A stretch of 52,392 bases of DNA. Origin: a virus. Lineage: Duplodnaviria; Caudoviricetes. A model generated the notes under the pieces. The model was not told the DNA's origin and ran no database searches. It saw only the letters and a program-made list of their open reading frames with translations. Within the stretch, counting starts at the first letter, position 1, and every line of letters starts with the position of its first letter. Positions 28,483 through 38,402 of the stretch are shown in pieces. The position numbers were made by a program, and so were the translations under genes. The DNA lies in IMG/VR virus record IMGVR_UViG_3300025131_005133, positions 1 to 52,392 of that record. One strand, given 5' to 3'.

Positions 28483-29303
28483 CATATATAATAGCAGAAA
28501 TAGGAATAAATCACAATGGTGATATTGATTTGGCGAAACAACTGATAGATAAGGCACAGAATGCTGGTTGTGATGCAGTAAAATTTCAAAAAAGAACTGT
28601 CGATGTTGTTTATCCAAAAGATGAATTAGACACACCAAGAAAATCACCTTTTGGAACAACAACCCGAGAACAAAAATACGGTATTGAATTAGAACTTGAT
28701 GAATATAAAGAGCTTGAATCTTATAGTAGAAATAAAGGTTTAGATTTTATTGTATCCTGTTGGGATTTAGATAGTCTTGCTGATATAGAAGAAACTTGTG
28801 ATGTTAAGTATCACAAAGTAGCTTCAGCTATGTTAACGGATAAACAGTTTTTAGAAAGACTTAATGATACAGGTAAACCTATTATAGTTTCAGTTGGCAT
28901 GGCTACTGAAGAAGAGATAGGTAAAGCTTTAAATATTCTTAACAATGTTGAATATGTTTTAGCTTGTACAAGTACATATCCAACCAAAGCAGAAGAAGTA
29001 AATTTAAAATATATAAGCACACTAAAAGATAATTATCCAAACTTAAAAGTAGGATTTTCTAATCACTATAATGGTTTAGATGCTTGTGTTGGTGCATCTA
29101 CATTAGGTGCTGAGTGTATAGAGTTTCACATAACAATCGATAGAGTTATGTATGGTTCAGACCAACCAGCCTCGATTGAGAATGTAGATGATTTAGTAAA
29201 AGCTATTCGTCAAATGGAGTTAATGGTAGGTGATGGTGTTAAAAAAGTTTACGAAAGTGAAAAACCAATAGTAGCTAAATTAAGAAAAGTAAATGACATT
29301 TAG
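28479..29303 (+). CDS. N-acetylneuraminate synthase family (NeuB/SpsE), without C-terminal SAF domain
   Basis: IAEIGINHNGD, AVKFQKR, KVAS, CTSTYP, GFSNH, EFHIT...GSDQ. Confidence 0.92.
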   Translation: MTYIIAEIGINHNGDIDLAKQLIDKAQNAGCDAVKFQKRTVDVVYPKDELDTPRKSPFGTTTREQKYGIELELDEYKELESYSRNKGLDFIVSCWDLDSLADIEETCDVKYHKVASAMLTDKQFLERLNDTGKPIIVSVGMATEEEIGKALNILNNVEYVLACTSTYPTKAEEVNLKYISTLKDNYPNLKVGFSNHYNGLDACVGASTLGAECIEFHITIDRVMYGSDQPASIENVDDLVKAIRQMELMVGDGVKKVYESEKPIVAKLRKVNDI

Positions 29304-30021
29304 TTTAAAAGATAAAATAGTTGTTATTACGGGTGGTGCTGGTTTATTAGGTAAAATGCACGCAGAAGCCGTACAGGAAGCTGGAGGTACAGCCATATTA
29401 ACGGATGTTGTTGATGATTCTAATTGTCAATATATGGACATAACTAATAAAAAAAGTATTGAGGATTTTGTTGATAGTTTGGATAAGATAGATGTATTAA
29501 TTAATAATGCAGCTCTGAATCCTAAAATGTCAACAAAAGATGAAACCAACAGATTTGAAGATTTTAGTTTAGATAAATGGAATAAAAGTTTACAAGTCAA
29601 TTTAACAGGTGCATTTTTATGTAGTCAAGTTTTTATAAATAAAATGATAAAAGATAAAACAAAAGGTGTAGTAATTAATGTAGCTTCAGATTTAGGTGTC
29701 ATAGCACCAAATCAAACAATATATGAAGATGATGTTAAACCTGTAGATTATTCTGTTACTAAGCATGGTATTATAGGTTTGACAAAATATTTATCTACTT
29801 ATTTTGCTGACAAAGGTATACGAGCTAATAGCATCAGTCCGGGAGGAGTTTACACAAATCAATCAAAAGACTTTGTAGAAAGACTTTCGGAACTGATACC
29901 AATGGGTCGTATGGCTAATAAGGATGAATATAAAGGAGCAATAGTATTTATGTGTTCGGATGCTAGTTCTTATATGACTGGTCATAATTTAGTTATAGAT
30001 GGAGGTAGAACTATATGGTAA
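29293..30021 (+). CDS. SDR oxidoreductase (PtmA-like)
   Basis: TGGAGLLG, INNAA, YSVTK, ISPGG, SYMTGHNLVIDGG. Confidence 0.88.
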   Translation: MTFSLKDKIVVITGGAGLLGKMHAEAVQEAGGTAILTDVVDDSNCQYMDITNKKSIEDFVDSLDKIDVLINNAALNPKMSTKDETNRFEDFSLDKWNKSLQVNLTGAFLCSQVFINKMIKDKTKGVVINVASDLGVIAPNQTIYEDDVKPVDYSVTKHGIIGLTKYLSTYFADKGIRANSISPGGVYTNQSKDFVERLSELIPMGRMANKDEYKGAIVFMCSDASSYMTGHNLVIDGGRTIW

Positions 30022-30953
30022 ATGTTTGTCTGATAGGATGTGGTAGTGTCGGTAGGAGACATCTAGAAGCCATATCAAAAGTAAAACATGATATAAATGT
30101 TGAAGTTGTTGAACTCAATATTGAAAGTATCGAATCTACAAAAGAATTACTACCAGATTTTAATAACTATTTTAATAAAATAGATGATGTTTCTGATAAT
30201 ATTGATATCTGTCTAATAGCTACAACAGCTAATGTTAGAAAAAAAGTTATATTAGAACTTGTGAGTAAGAAAACTGTTAAATTTATGATACTTGAAAAAG
30301 TAGTATTTCAGAATGAAGATGATTTTGATGAAATAATAAAGTTATTTAAAGAAAAAAATATCAAGAGTTGGGTAAATTGTCATCTTAGAACTCAACCAAT
30401 TTATAAAGAAGTTAAAAGATGTTCTATTGTATCCGAAGATACTTTTTTTAAGTATGAATATTCTGATGATTTTACCTTGTCAACCAGTGCTATTCACATA
30501 TTAGATCTATTTTCTTATTTATGTGATGATTATGATTTAGAGATAAAAAGTATCAGTACAGACACAGAGTTAAAGAAAAGTAGACATGGTGGATGTGTAG
30601 ACTTTAATGGTGAGATGGTTGTCAAAAGTACCAGTGGTCATAAATTAGTTGTTAAAAAGAGAGATGCGGTTTTCGGAGAACACTTAACAATAAGTCGTGT
30701 AGATTTGGTAATCAGGTCAAGTGAGGGTGATGATCCTGATAACAGGATTGGGTATGTTCAAGGTAAAGCCATACCATACATTTGGCAGAGTTCATTAACT
30801 AATTCTTACATTGATGATATTATTGAAAAATATGATTGTGATTTATCTACATTAGAAAATTCAGCTAAGTTACATAAAATGATGTTAAAAAGTTTTAGAA
30901 ATTTATTAAAAGAAAATTATAATCGTGAGGTAGTTGATTGTCCGATAACTTAA
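30015..30953 (+). CDS. Gfo/Idh/MocA-family oxidoreductase
   Basis: IGCGSVGRRH, IATTANVR, LEKV. Confidence 0.8.
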   Translation: MVNVCLIGCGSVGRRHLEAISKVKHDINVEVVELNIESIESTKELLPDFNNYFNKIDDVSDNIDICLIATTANVRKKVILELVSKKTVKFMILEKVVFQNEDDFDEIIKLFKEKNIKSWVNCHLRTQPIYKEVKRCSIVSEDTFFKYEYSDDFTLSTSAIHILDLFSYLCDDYDLEIKSISTDTELKKSRHGGCVDFNGEMVVKSTSGHKLVVKKRDAVFGEHLTISRVDLVIRSSEGDDPDNRIGYVQGKAIPYIWQSSLTNSYIDDIIEKYDCDLSTLENSAKLHKMMLKSFRNLLKENYNREVVDCPIT

Positions 30954-31903
30954 AAGATAAAGTCTTATTGATAGGACCCGGTAATATAGGATATGATTAC
31001 ATTAAAGTTTTAAATAGTTTTGATGTAGATATTGATATTGTTGGTAGGTCGAGTAAATCAAGTGAAGAATTTAGTAGAAAAACTCAATGGTCTGTTCACA
31101 GTGGTGGTGTAGATTCTTATATAAATAAAAATTCTAAATTACCAAAATATGCTATAGTTGCGGTAAATGAAAATCAATTAAGTAGTGTGACATTATCTTT
31201 GATAGAATATGGTGTGAAAAATATTTTGTTAGAAAAACCAGGTGGATTAAGTTTTTCAGAATTAACCGAAATTAGAAATAAAAGTATTTTGAATTATTCT
31301 AACATTTACATTGGGTACAATAGAAGATTTTATCAATCGGTTCAAAAATGTAAAGAATTATTGGCAGATAATGATGACCCATTAAGTGTAAATTTTGAAT
31401 TTACTGAATGGACACATAAAATTGACTATAATCATTATACTAAATTTGAATTAGAAAGATTTTTTATATGTAATTCTTCTCATGTATCTGATTTAGTATT
31501 TCATTTATTTGGTAAACCTAAATTATTACACTCACACACCAGTGGAAATTTAAGATGGCACCCATCGGCTTCTATCTTTGTGGGAAGTGGGAAAACAATT
31601 GATGATGTTTTATTTTCTTATAATTCTAATTGGTCGTCATCTGGTAGATGGGGAGTAGAGATAAATTTAAGTGATTATAAATTAATATTGAAACCGTTGG
31701 AAAAGTTATTTATACAAAAAAGAGGTTCACTGGATGTAGAAGAAGTTGAGATTGATAGTAATTTAGATAAGTTATATAAACCAGGATTATATAATGAAGT
31801 AAAATGTTTTTTGGAAGGTGGTGGTGGATTTTTATGTACATTGGAAGAACAGATAAATAATTTTGAATGGTATTATAAGATAGCTAATTATAAGGATAAT
31901 TGA
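30938..31903 (+). CDS. Gfo/Idh/MocA-family oxidoreductase
   Basis: IGPGNIG, LLEKPGG, GYNRRFY. Confidence 0.82.
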   Translation: MSDNLKDKVLLIGPGNIGYDYIKVLNSFDVDIDIVGRSSKSSEEFSRKTQWSVHSGGVDSYINKNSKLPKYAIVAVNENQLSSVTLSLIEYGVKNILLEKPGGLSFSELTEIRNKSILNYSNIYIGYNRRFYQSVQKCKELLADNDDPLSVNFEFTEWTHKIDYNHYTKFELERFFICNSSHVSDLVFHLFGKPKLLHSHTSGNLRWHPSASIFVGSGKTIDDVLFSYNSNWSSSGRWGVEINLSDYKLILKPLEKLFIQKRGSLDVEEVEIDSNLDKLYKPGLYNEVKCFLEGGGGFLCTLEEQINNFEWYYKIANYKDN

Positions 31904-32280
31904 TGGGACACAAAATAAAACCAGAAGTATGTGAAGGATGTAAAGTTCCAAAAGGATGGGGTGAAGAACTCATCATAGAAAATAATGAAATGTATTGTGG
32001 TAAACTTTTAATCTTTAAAGAAGGTTGTAAGTTTTCAATGCATTACCATTTAATTAAAGATGAAACTTGGTATGTAAACAAAGGTGAATTTATTTATAGA
32101 TGGATAGATACAGAATCAGCTGAAACTATCGAACAGAAATTAAAAGTAGGTGATGTAGTTAGACAACGAGTTGGACAACCACACCAACTGATAGCATTAA
32201 CTGCTGGAGAAGTATTTGAAGTATCAACACAACATTTTGATGAAGATAGTTACAGAGTTCGGAGGGGTGATAGCCAATGA
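31900..32280 (+). CDS. Cupin (sugar isomerase-like)
   Basis: PKGWGEE, FSMHYH..KDETWYV, HQL, EVST...DSYRV. Confidence 0.85.
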   Translation: MMGHKIKPEVCEGCKVPKGWGEELIIENNEMYCGKLLIFKEGCKFSMHYHLIKDETWYVNKGEFIYRWIDTESAETIEQKLKVGDVVRQRVGQPHQLIALTAGEVFEVSTQHFDEDSYRVRRGDSQ

Positions 32281-32588
32281 TAGTATATGTAGATATAGAT
32301 GAAACAATTTGCACATTGGGTGATCATTCTGAAACAAAAGATACAAGAGATTATAATTATGCTGAACCAAGACCAGAACAAATAGCTAAGATAAATAAAC
32401 TATATGATGAAGGTAATGAAATAGTTTACTGGACAGCTCGTGGTGGAACTACTGGTGTTGATTGGACTGAATTAACCAAATCACAACTTAAAAAGTGGGG
32501 TTGTAGATATACAAGAATAGAAACACAAAAGAAACCACATTATAATTTATTTATATGTGATAAATCAAAAAGAATAGAGGAATTATAA
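32277..32588 (+). CDS. HAD-family phosphatase (capsule biosynthesis type)
   Basis: VDIDETIC, WTARG, KP...ICDK. Confidence 0.85.
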   Translation: MIVYVDIDETICTLGDHSETKDTRDYNYAEPRPEQIAKINKLYDEGNEIVYWTARGGTTGVDWTELTKSQLKKWGCRYTRIETQKKPHYNLFICDKSKRIEEL

Positions 32589-32590
32589 TT

Positions 32591-33259
32591 ATGAAAAATA
32601 TTAATTTGTTATGCAAAGGTCCTAGTTTAAAATATTTTAACGAACTCACGGACTCGGAATTTGTTATCTTGGCTAATGATTTTGACGGAGAAATATCTCA
32701 AATAAAAGAATTTTCTGATTATTTAGAAAAACAAACTATACACCTTGTTTTTAATATGGTTTTAGGTGGAGCCAATGCATATCATTCTATAGATTTTTTT
32801 AATAGATTTAATGTTGTTAAGTTAATTAGGCCATATCTAGAAGGAATTAGAGAACCAGGAAGTTCTGGTCAGAACATTCCATTAGAAGAGAATTTTTTAG
32901 GTAAACATCATATGGATTTTATGCATAAAAAGGATGACCGTGGGAAATATCCTTATGATTATGCTGGAACTGGGATAGCTGCTTTTGCGTATACTATGTT
33001 AGATTGTTCGGCTGATATAGTTAATGTCATTGGTTTAGATTTTTATGATAACTTAAACTATGGAGTACCAAATTATCTGGTACCAGATAAAGAAGGAAGA
33101 GATAATGTAAGAGATTTTTGGACACCTGAAGAAATGCAAGAACATTTTTGTAAATTAGTTAGAGGAAACCCTGAAATACAAGTTAACTTAACTACAATTT
33201 GTAAAAATTTTATAGATGGTATGGAAGATATAGAAAATTTAAATATAAATAAGGTTTGA
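32591..33259 (+). CDS. Hypothetical protein, possible sialyltransferase/Maf-like
   Basis: CKGPSL...N, GTG..A, IGLDFY pattern; follows the nonulosonate genes. Confidence 0.45.
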   Translation: MKNINLLCKGPSLKYFNELTDSEFVILANDFDGEISQIKEFSDYLEKQTIHLVFNMVLGGANAYHSIDFFNRFNVVKLIRPYLEGIREPGSSGQNIPLEENFLGKHHMDFMHKKDDRGKYPYDYAGTGIAAFAYTMLDCSADIVNVIGLDFYDNLNYGVPNYLVPDKEGRDNVRDFWTPEEMQEHFCKLVRGNPEIQVNLTTICKNFIDGMEDIENLNINKV

Positions 33260-33307
33260 AAATTTTATATATATTTATATATAAATAATTAATTAATGAG
33301 GTTACAT

Positions 33308-34180
33308 ATGCACAAGACGAAAAAATTAGCAATAGTATTGGGTGGTTGGCATTATCCATATGCCTATTATAATCAAATAAAAAAACAAAAAGTTCCAGAT
33401 AATTGGGATATAGATTATTTTGTGGTATCCCACCGTGATCCAGAATTACCAATCGTATTTGAAGAAAAACAACCTTTATTGAAAAACATGGGAGATGGCT
33501 TATTACAGTCATTTGATAAAGAACTTTATGGAAGAATAATTACGAAAAAAGAATTATCAGATATGGGATTTACCTATAATGTAGAAGAAAGTTCTATTGG
33601 TGATTTATATCAATTGAATCAATGGACTAAACGACATTATAATGGACAATATGACAAAGTTTTATTTACTCACGATGATAATTACCTGTTAAGTGATAGC
33701 CTGTTTGTAGATATATTAGAACATAAAACAGAGTTATTTTTCAATACTGAGAAAAACAAAGTAAGTCAGGCCCCACTAGATTTTGATTGGAGACATTTAT
33801 CATCGGGTGTTTTAGAAAATACAATAACTCCCAGGACATCATTTACTTTTCTTGACAAGGAATTGTTAGATAAACTGGTGTTAGATTTAGAAGAAATTAC
33901 AACCAAAGGAGTTGACTTGGATAGAACTGGAGAAAATAGTTCACTTTATTATTTAGAAGATAAACAGGTTAGTCGAGTACCTTTAAGTTCATGGAATTGT
34001 CCATCGCGTAATTTTGTTAATTGGATGATACAAAATGATTATGCTAGTAAATCTGTTAGATTATCTCCTGTGTACAGAGCGAATAGATACATCATTGAAG
34101 GTGAACGAGGATTCATCTGGACTCAAATGGATGAACATCGAATTTTAAATAATTTATCTCAATATTATGATATCAGTTAA
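33308..34180 (+). CDS. Putative GT-A glycosyltransferase
   Basis: LFTHDDNY motif; island context; GAGG RBS. Confidence 0.55.
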   Translation: MHKTKKLAIVLGGWHYPYAYYNQIKKQKVPDNWDIDYFVVSHRDPELPIVFEEKQPLLKNMGDGLLQSFDKELYGRIITKKELSDMGFTYNVEESSIGDLYQLNQWTKRHYNGQYDKVLFTHDDNYLLSDSLFVDILEHKTELFFNTEKNKVSQAPLDFDWRHLSSGVLENTITPRTSFTFLDKELLDKLVLDLEEITTKGVDLDRTGENSSLYYLEDKQVSRVPLSSWNCPSRNFVNWMIQNDYASKSVRLSPVYRANRYIIEGERGFIWTQMDEHRILNNLSQYYDIS

Positions 34181-34952
34181 GAAAAATATTGTCTTCATGA
34201 TGGATGTTGACATTAAAGGTGATGGTAGATATTCGTCTAATCGTAGATTATCATATAAATATTCCATAGATAGTTGGAAAAAGTGGTGTAAGAAAAATGA
34301 TTGTGAATTATTTGTATTAAATGATTTGATATTAGAAAATGATAGAATGGGAATATGTTGGCAGAGATATTATCTGTTTGACATATTGGATTCCAATAAT
34401 ATTAAATATGACCAAATAGCGATGGTAGATGCCGATACTATTATTCATCCAGATACACCTAACTTTTTTGAAATGACTGATAGAAAATTATGTGGTGCTC
34501 AATTTGATGGAAGTTGGGATTGGGTATTGAGAAGTCTTGAAAATTATTCTAAATATATATTTGATGGTTACATGATGTCTTGGTGGAATTACTTTGATTG
34601 TGGATTTATAATTGTAAACAAAACTCATAAACAATTTTTTCAAGATATTATAAGTTTTTATTTTACAAACCAAGATAATTTAATTAGAGTACAGGAAACC
34701 TTTTATGGAGGAACAGATCAAACTCCTGTCAATATGTTGGTTCATAAGCGAGAAATAGATTTAAAGTTATTACCATATGAATTTAACATGAATGATATGG
34801 CTCGTAAAGAAATATTGAGTGAAGATTTATTATTCACGAAAGTTGGTTGGATATATCAATATAATGCTATACCAAATAATAAAGACAATCAACTTACAAA
34901 TTATTTTATGGAGAAGACTTATAAATATTTTTATGGAGAATTGAATGAATAG
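34167..34952 (+). CDS. GT-A glycosyltransferase (paralog of the 25228 N-domain)
   Basis: WQRY, MVDADT, FFEMTDRK, DQTPVN. Confidence 0.75.
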   Translation: MISVKKNIVFMMDVDIKGDGRYSSNRRLSYKYSIDSWKKWCKKNDCELFVLNDLILENDRMGICWQRYYLFDILDSNNIKYDQIAMVDADTIIHPDTPNFFEMTDRKLCGAQFDGSWDWVLRSLENYSKYIFDGYMMSWWNYFDCGFIIVNKTHKQFFQDIISFYFTNQDNLIRVQETFYGGTDQTPVNMLVHKREIDLKLLPYEFNMNDMARKEILSEDLLFTKVGWIYQYNAIPNNKDNQLTNYFMEKTYKYFYGELNE

Positions 34953-35913
34953 ATTAAAAAATACTTTTGCAATAGGATGTTTGGTTCAATGGTACGAAAT
35001 TGAATTAGTAGATGAATATGTAGAAAGTCTAAGAGAATCTATTAATCAGTTTGATAATAAGGATAATATATTTGTTGATTTTACTTTAACTACCAATCAA
35101 GATTTAGAAAAAATTGATAGTAATATCACAATGACAGAAATCAAAGACAGATTTTCTAATATGATGAAAGATTTAACTATAAATTATAGAGTAACAGATG
35201 AATTAGTTACTATAGCTGACTATCGTAGAAAATTTAATGATGACTATTGTGAAATGGTAGATGTTTTAATGTGGGGTGAAACAGATTCTTTAATACCCAC
35301 ACAAACATTTCAAATTTTAGATGGTTTACATGAACAAGTAAAAGAAAATACCCCAAAGTATATTTCTTTTTTCGCCACTTGTAAGATGTGGGATGATAGC
35401 TGGAAACCATTAGAGCATCCTGATTTTACAGATAAACCATTTGTAGATGGAGATACTGATAATTGGTGGAGTTTGAGATATAATATGACTCTAGATGAAA
35501 TGAATAAAATAAATAATAAAGTTGAGGAGTTAGATATAAGAGTTACAGATTCTTATAAATTTAATGGGTGTGGTTTAGTTATATCTTCTGATTTAATAAA
35601 AAGTGGAATTAATATACCTCGCTCAGTATTTTTTATTCATGAAGATACTGCTTTTTTAAATAGTATGACTAAAATGTTTGGTAATTCTATACCACAATAT
35701 ATAATAAAAAATATATTACTTGTGCATAATAGAAAACACCCACAAAAGAGAAATTACATTGAGGGTGAGGGTGGTATAGAAGGTAGAGATGTTGGTGCCA
35801 AAAGATTAACTCATGATTGGTACATGAAGGCTAACAAGATGTGTGAGCATAATGCTTATAATATGTTTAATCAATCTAAAACTTACACTTGGAAGGATGT
35901 GTTTGATGTATGA
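34945..35913 (+). CDS. Putative glycosyltransferase
   Basis: WGETDSL and HEDTAF resemble GT-A DxD and ED motifs. Confidence 0.5.
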   Translation: MNRLKNTFAIGCLVQWYEIELVDEYVESLRESINQFDNKDNIFVDFTLTTNQDLEKIDSNITMTEIKDRFSNMMKDLTINYRVTDELVTIADYRRKFNDDYCEMVDVLMWGETDSLIPTQTFQILDGLHEQVKENTPKYISFFATCKMWDDSWKPLEHPDFTDKPFVDGDTDNWWSLRYNMTLDEMNKINNKVEELDIRVTDSYKFNGCGLVISSDLIKSGINIPRSVFFIHEDTAFLNSMTKMFGNSIPQYIIKNILLVHNRKHPQKRNYIEGEGGIEGRDVGAKRLTHDWYMKANKMCEHNAYNMFNQSKTYTWKDVFDV

Positions 35914-36784
35914 GATAGGTAAAAATAGTAAAATAATTGCAAACAACATAGATATTCATGAATCTGTAGAGATTGGTGACGATGTTCAAATTCACTGTGA
36001 TACAATAAAGATAGGTGAGTTTTCAAAGATAGGTGATGGTGTCAAAATCACTTGTAAAAGTTTTGAAGCTGGTAGTTGGTTATTTATGTGGGATAGAGTT
36101 GAAGTTGGAAGAGGCGGTTGCACGGGTCCAAATTCAACCGTGAGGATTGGAAATCATGTGGGTATATTTGAAAATACAATAATAAATCCATCTGAATCTG
36201 TTGAAATTGGTGATGATGTTGGTATTGGTGGTGAAGTTATGATTTGGACACACGGAGCTTGGTTAGATATAACACAAGGATTCCCATCAGATTTTGGTCC
36301 TGTCAAGATAGGTAACAATGTATGGTTACCGGCAAGATGTATAGTTTTACCTAATGTCACGATAGGAGATGATTCAGTTATAGGTATTGGTTCTATTATC
36401 AATAGAGATTTACCGAGTGGTTGTTTAGCTGCCGGATCTCCATGTAAGGTCATAAGAGAGAATTTTTATCCAAGAGAATTAAATGATGAAGAAATACAAA
36501 AAAAATGCTTAGAAATCTTAAATAATTGGTGTAAATTACATAAGGATAAAAATATAACCGATGTGTCTGTTGATTGTGATATCAATGGTATCATTACTTT
36601 AAAGCAATTGGGTCAGGATGGTATAACAATAAAAGAATTTACACATTACGATGTTAATAAAAAAGAAATGATTGGTTGTAGTGATGAGGTGTCAGAAGAT
36701 TTACGAGATTATTTAAGAAGAGAAGGTATAAAAATTTATACAGATAAACCATTTAAGTCAATAAGATCGGATTGGATTCAATGA
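35906..36784 (+). CDS. Hexapeptide-repeat (left-handed beta-helix) acyltransferase
   Basis: Repeated xIGxxV units, IWTHG, GPVKIGNNVW, AAGSPCKVI; ATG 35906. Confidence 0.88.
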   Translation: MYEIGKNSKIIANNIDIHESVEIGDDVQIHCDTIKIGEFSKIGDGVKITCKSFEAGSWLFMWDRVEVGRGGCTGPNSTVRIGNHVGIFENTIINPSESVEIGDDVGIGGEVMIWTHGAWLDITQGFPSDFGPVKIGNNVWLPARCIVLPNVTIGDDSVIGIGSIINRDLPSGCLAAGSPCKVIRENFYPRELNDEEIQKKCLEILNNWCKLHKDKNITDVSVDCDINGIITLKQLGQDGITIKEFTHYDVNKKEMIGCSDEVSEDLRDYLRREGIKIYTDKPFKSIRSDWIQ

Positions 36785-37470
36785 AGTTTTTAAATTATGA
36801 CAGAGTGTTATGTTTGTCACCACATCCAGATGATGTCGAATATGGAATGTTGGGAACTATCATGAAATGTAAAGACACTAAATTTGATGTTGTTGTCTTG
36901 TCATACGGAGGAGATTTTGATAAGTCAACAAGTATAAAAAGACAACTTGAGTGTGAAAAAGTTTGGGAACACATTGACAATATCAGTGGATGTTTTATTG
37001 AGGACAGTAAATTTATAAAAGACAAAGATGAAGATGAGTGGGTGAATCTACTTGAGAACCAATTTAATATTTCTGATTATGATTGTGTGTTATCACCTTC
37101 TATTAATGATTCACATTTTGAACATAAGATTGTAGGTAACTTACCAGATGCTCTGGTCAGAAGAAGTAGATGTGGTATCACACATTACAGATCACCCAGT
37201 ACTTTGGACAGTTGGACACCTAATTTTTTTGTTAATCTGAATTATTTAGTAGATAGAAAAGTGGAAGATGGTCACAGTAGAGAAACCCAAAAATTGTTTT
37301 CAGCTGTGGTGTGGTATCTAAAATTAAATAAATTAAAGTTATTTAAGTCACAACAAGATAAATCATATTTTAAAGATGAATCTATTAAAAGTTTTCACAG
37401 CGAATATCATTGTACTTCAAGGGGTTTGAATAATGTCGAATCATTTAAAATAATTAGAGGTTACAATTAA
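36781..37470 (+). CDS. PIG-L/LmbE-family deacetylase
   Basis: SPHPDDVE, DSHFEH, FKSQ, ESF. Confidence 0.82.
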   Translation: MKFLNYDRVLCLSPHPDDVEYGMLGTIMKCKDTKFDVVVLSYGGDFDKSTSIKRQLECEKVWEHIDNISGCFIEDSKFIKDKDEDEWVNLLENQFNISDYDCVLSPSINDSHFEHKIVGNLPDALVRRSRCGITHYRSPSTLDSWTPNFFVNLNYLVDRKVEDGHSRETQKLFSAVVWYLKLNKLKLFKSQQDKSYFKDESIKSFHSEYHCTSRGLNNVESFKIIRGYN

Positions 37471-38402
37471 TGAAAATTGGTGCGTTTACTGAGGGTGGAT
37501 ATACTGGTAAGATATCAGCAAATCATCCAAATATGAGAACAGATATAGCATGGTGGCATGCTTTGGATGCAACACACCATCCAATACATACCTTACATGA
37601 ATTACCAGATAATTTATATGATTTTGGTATTTTAATAATACCAAAAAAGAGACATCATCTCTTGGAGTATCCACTCGTAAATCAGCTGAGAAGAGTTTGT
37701 AAAAAAATAGCTACAATGCAAGAAAGTACATTTTGGTATTGGCAAGATGATCCAATTCATGAACAGATATGGTATTATAATGTCCTCATGGAAATGGATA
37801 TTATATTATGTCATAACGATGATGATTTAAAATATTATAGGGGTATAACAGGTAAAAGATGTGAATTGATGCCTACCTTGATGATAGAAGACAATATAAA
37901 AATTTCAAATACTAAAACGGAAAGTGTGATGATCGGAGGAAATTTTGTCAGTGCTTATGGTGGATTTGATTCTTATCTGGTAGCCAAGGAAATATCAGAA
38001 GACATATGGGCACCGACTACTGGTAGGATGAAGGAGGAAGAACGACAGATGGATATCAATCATTTACCATGGGTACTTTGGAGTGAATGGATTTACGAAT
38101 TATCTAAACATAAGTATGGAGTACAACTCGGTTCGGCAGCTGCCGGAACATTTAATTTAAATTGTGCATATTTGGGTATACCGTGTATAGGTTATAGAAA
38201 TGTAAATACACAAAAAAAATGTCATCCAAAGTTGAGTGTAGATATTGGTGATATTGAAACTGCTAAACAATTAGCAAACAAACTAAAATTTGATAAAGAT
38301 TTTTATCAAAAATGTTCTGACGAAGCTCAAAAAAAATACAAAGATTGTTTCAGTAAAAATATATATATTTATGATATGAAAAGGGTTATGACATATGATT
38401 AA
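37470..38402 (+). CDS. Putative glycosyltransferase
   Basis: AAGTFNLNCAYLGIPCIG GT-B-like C-terminus; island context. Confidence 0.5.
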   Translation: MKIGAFTEGGYTGKISANHPNMRTDIAWWHALDATHHPIHTLHELPDNLYDFGILIIPKKRHHLLEYPLVNQLRRVCKKIATMQESTFWYWQDDPIHEQIWYYNVLMEMDIILCHNDDDLKYYRGITGKRCELMPTLMIEDNIKISNTKTESVMIGGNFVSAYGGFDSYLVAKEISEDIWAPTTGRMKEEERQMDINHLPWVLWSEWIYELSKHKYGVQLGSAAAGTFNLNCAYLGIPCIGYRNVNTQKKCHPKLSVDIGDIETAKQLANKLKFDKDFYQKCSDEAQKKYKDCFSKNIYIYDMKRVMTYD

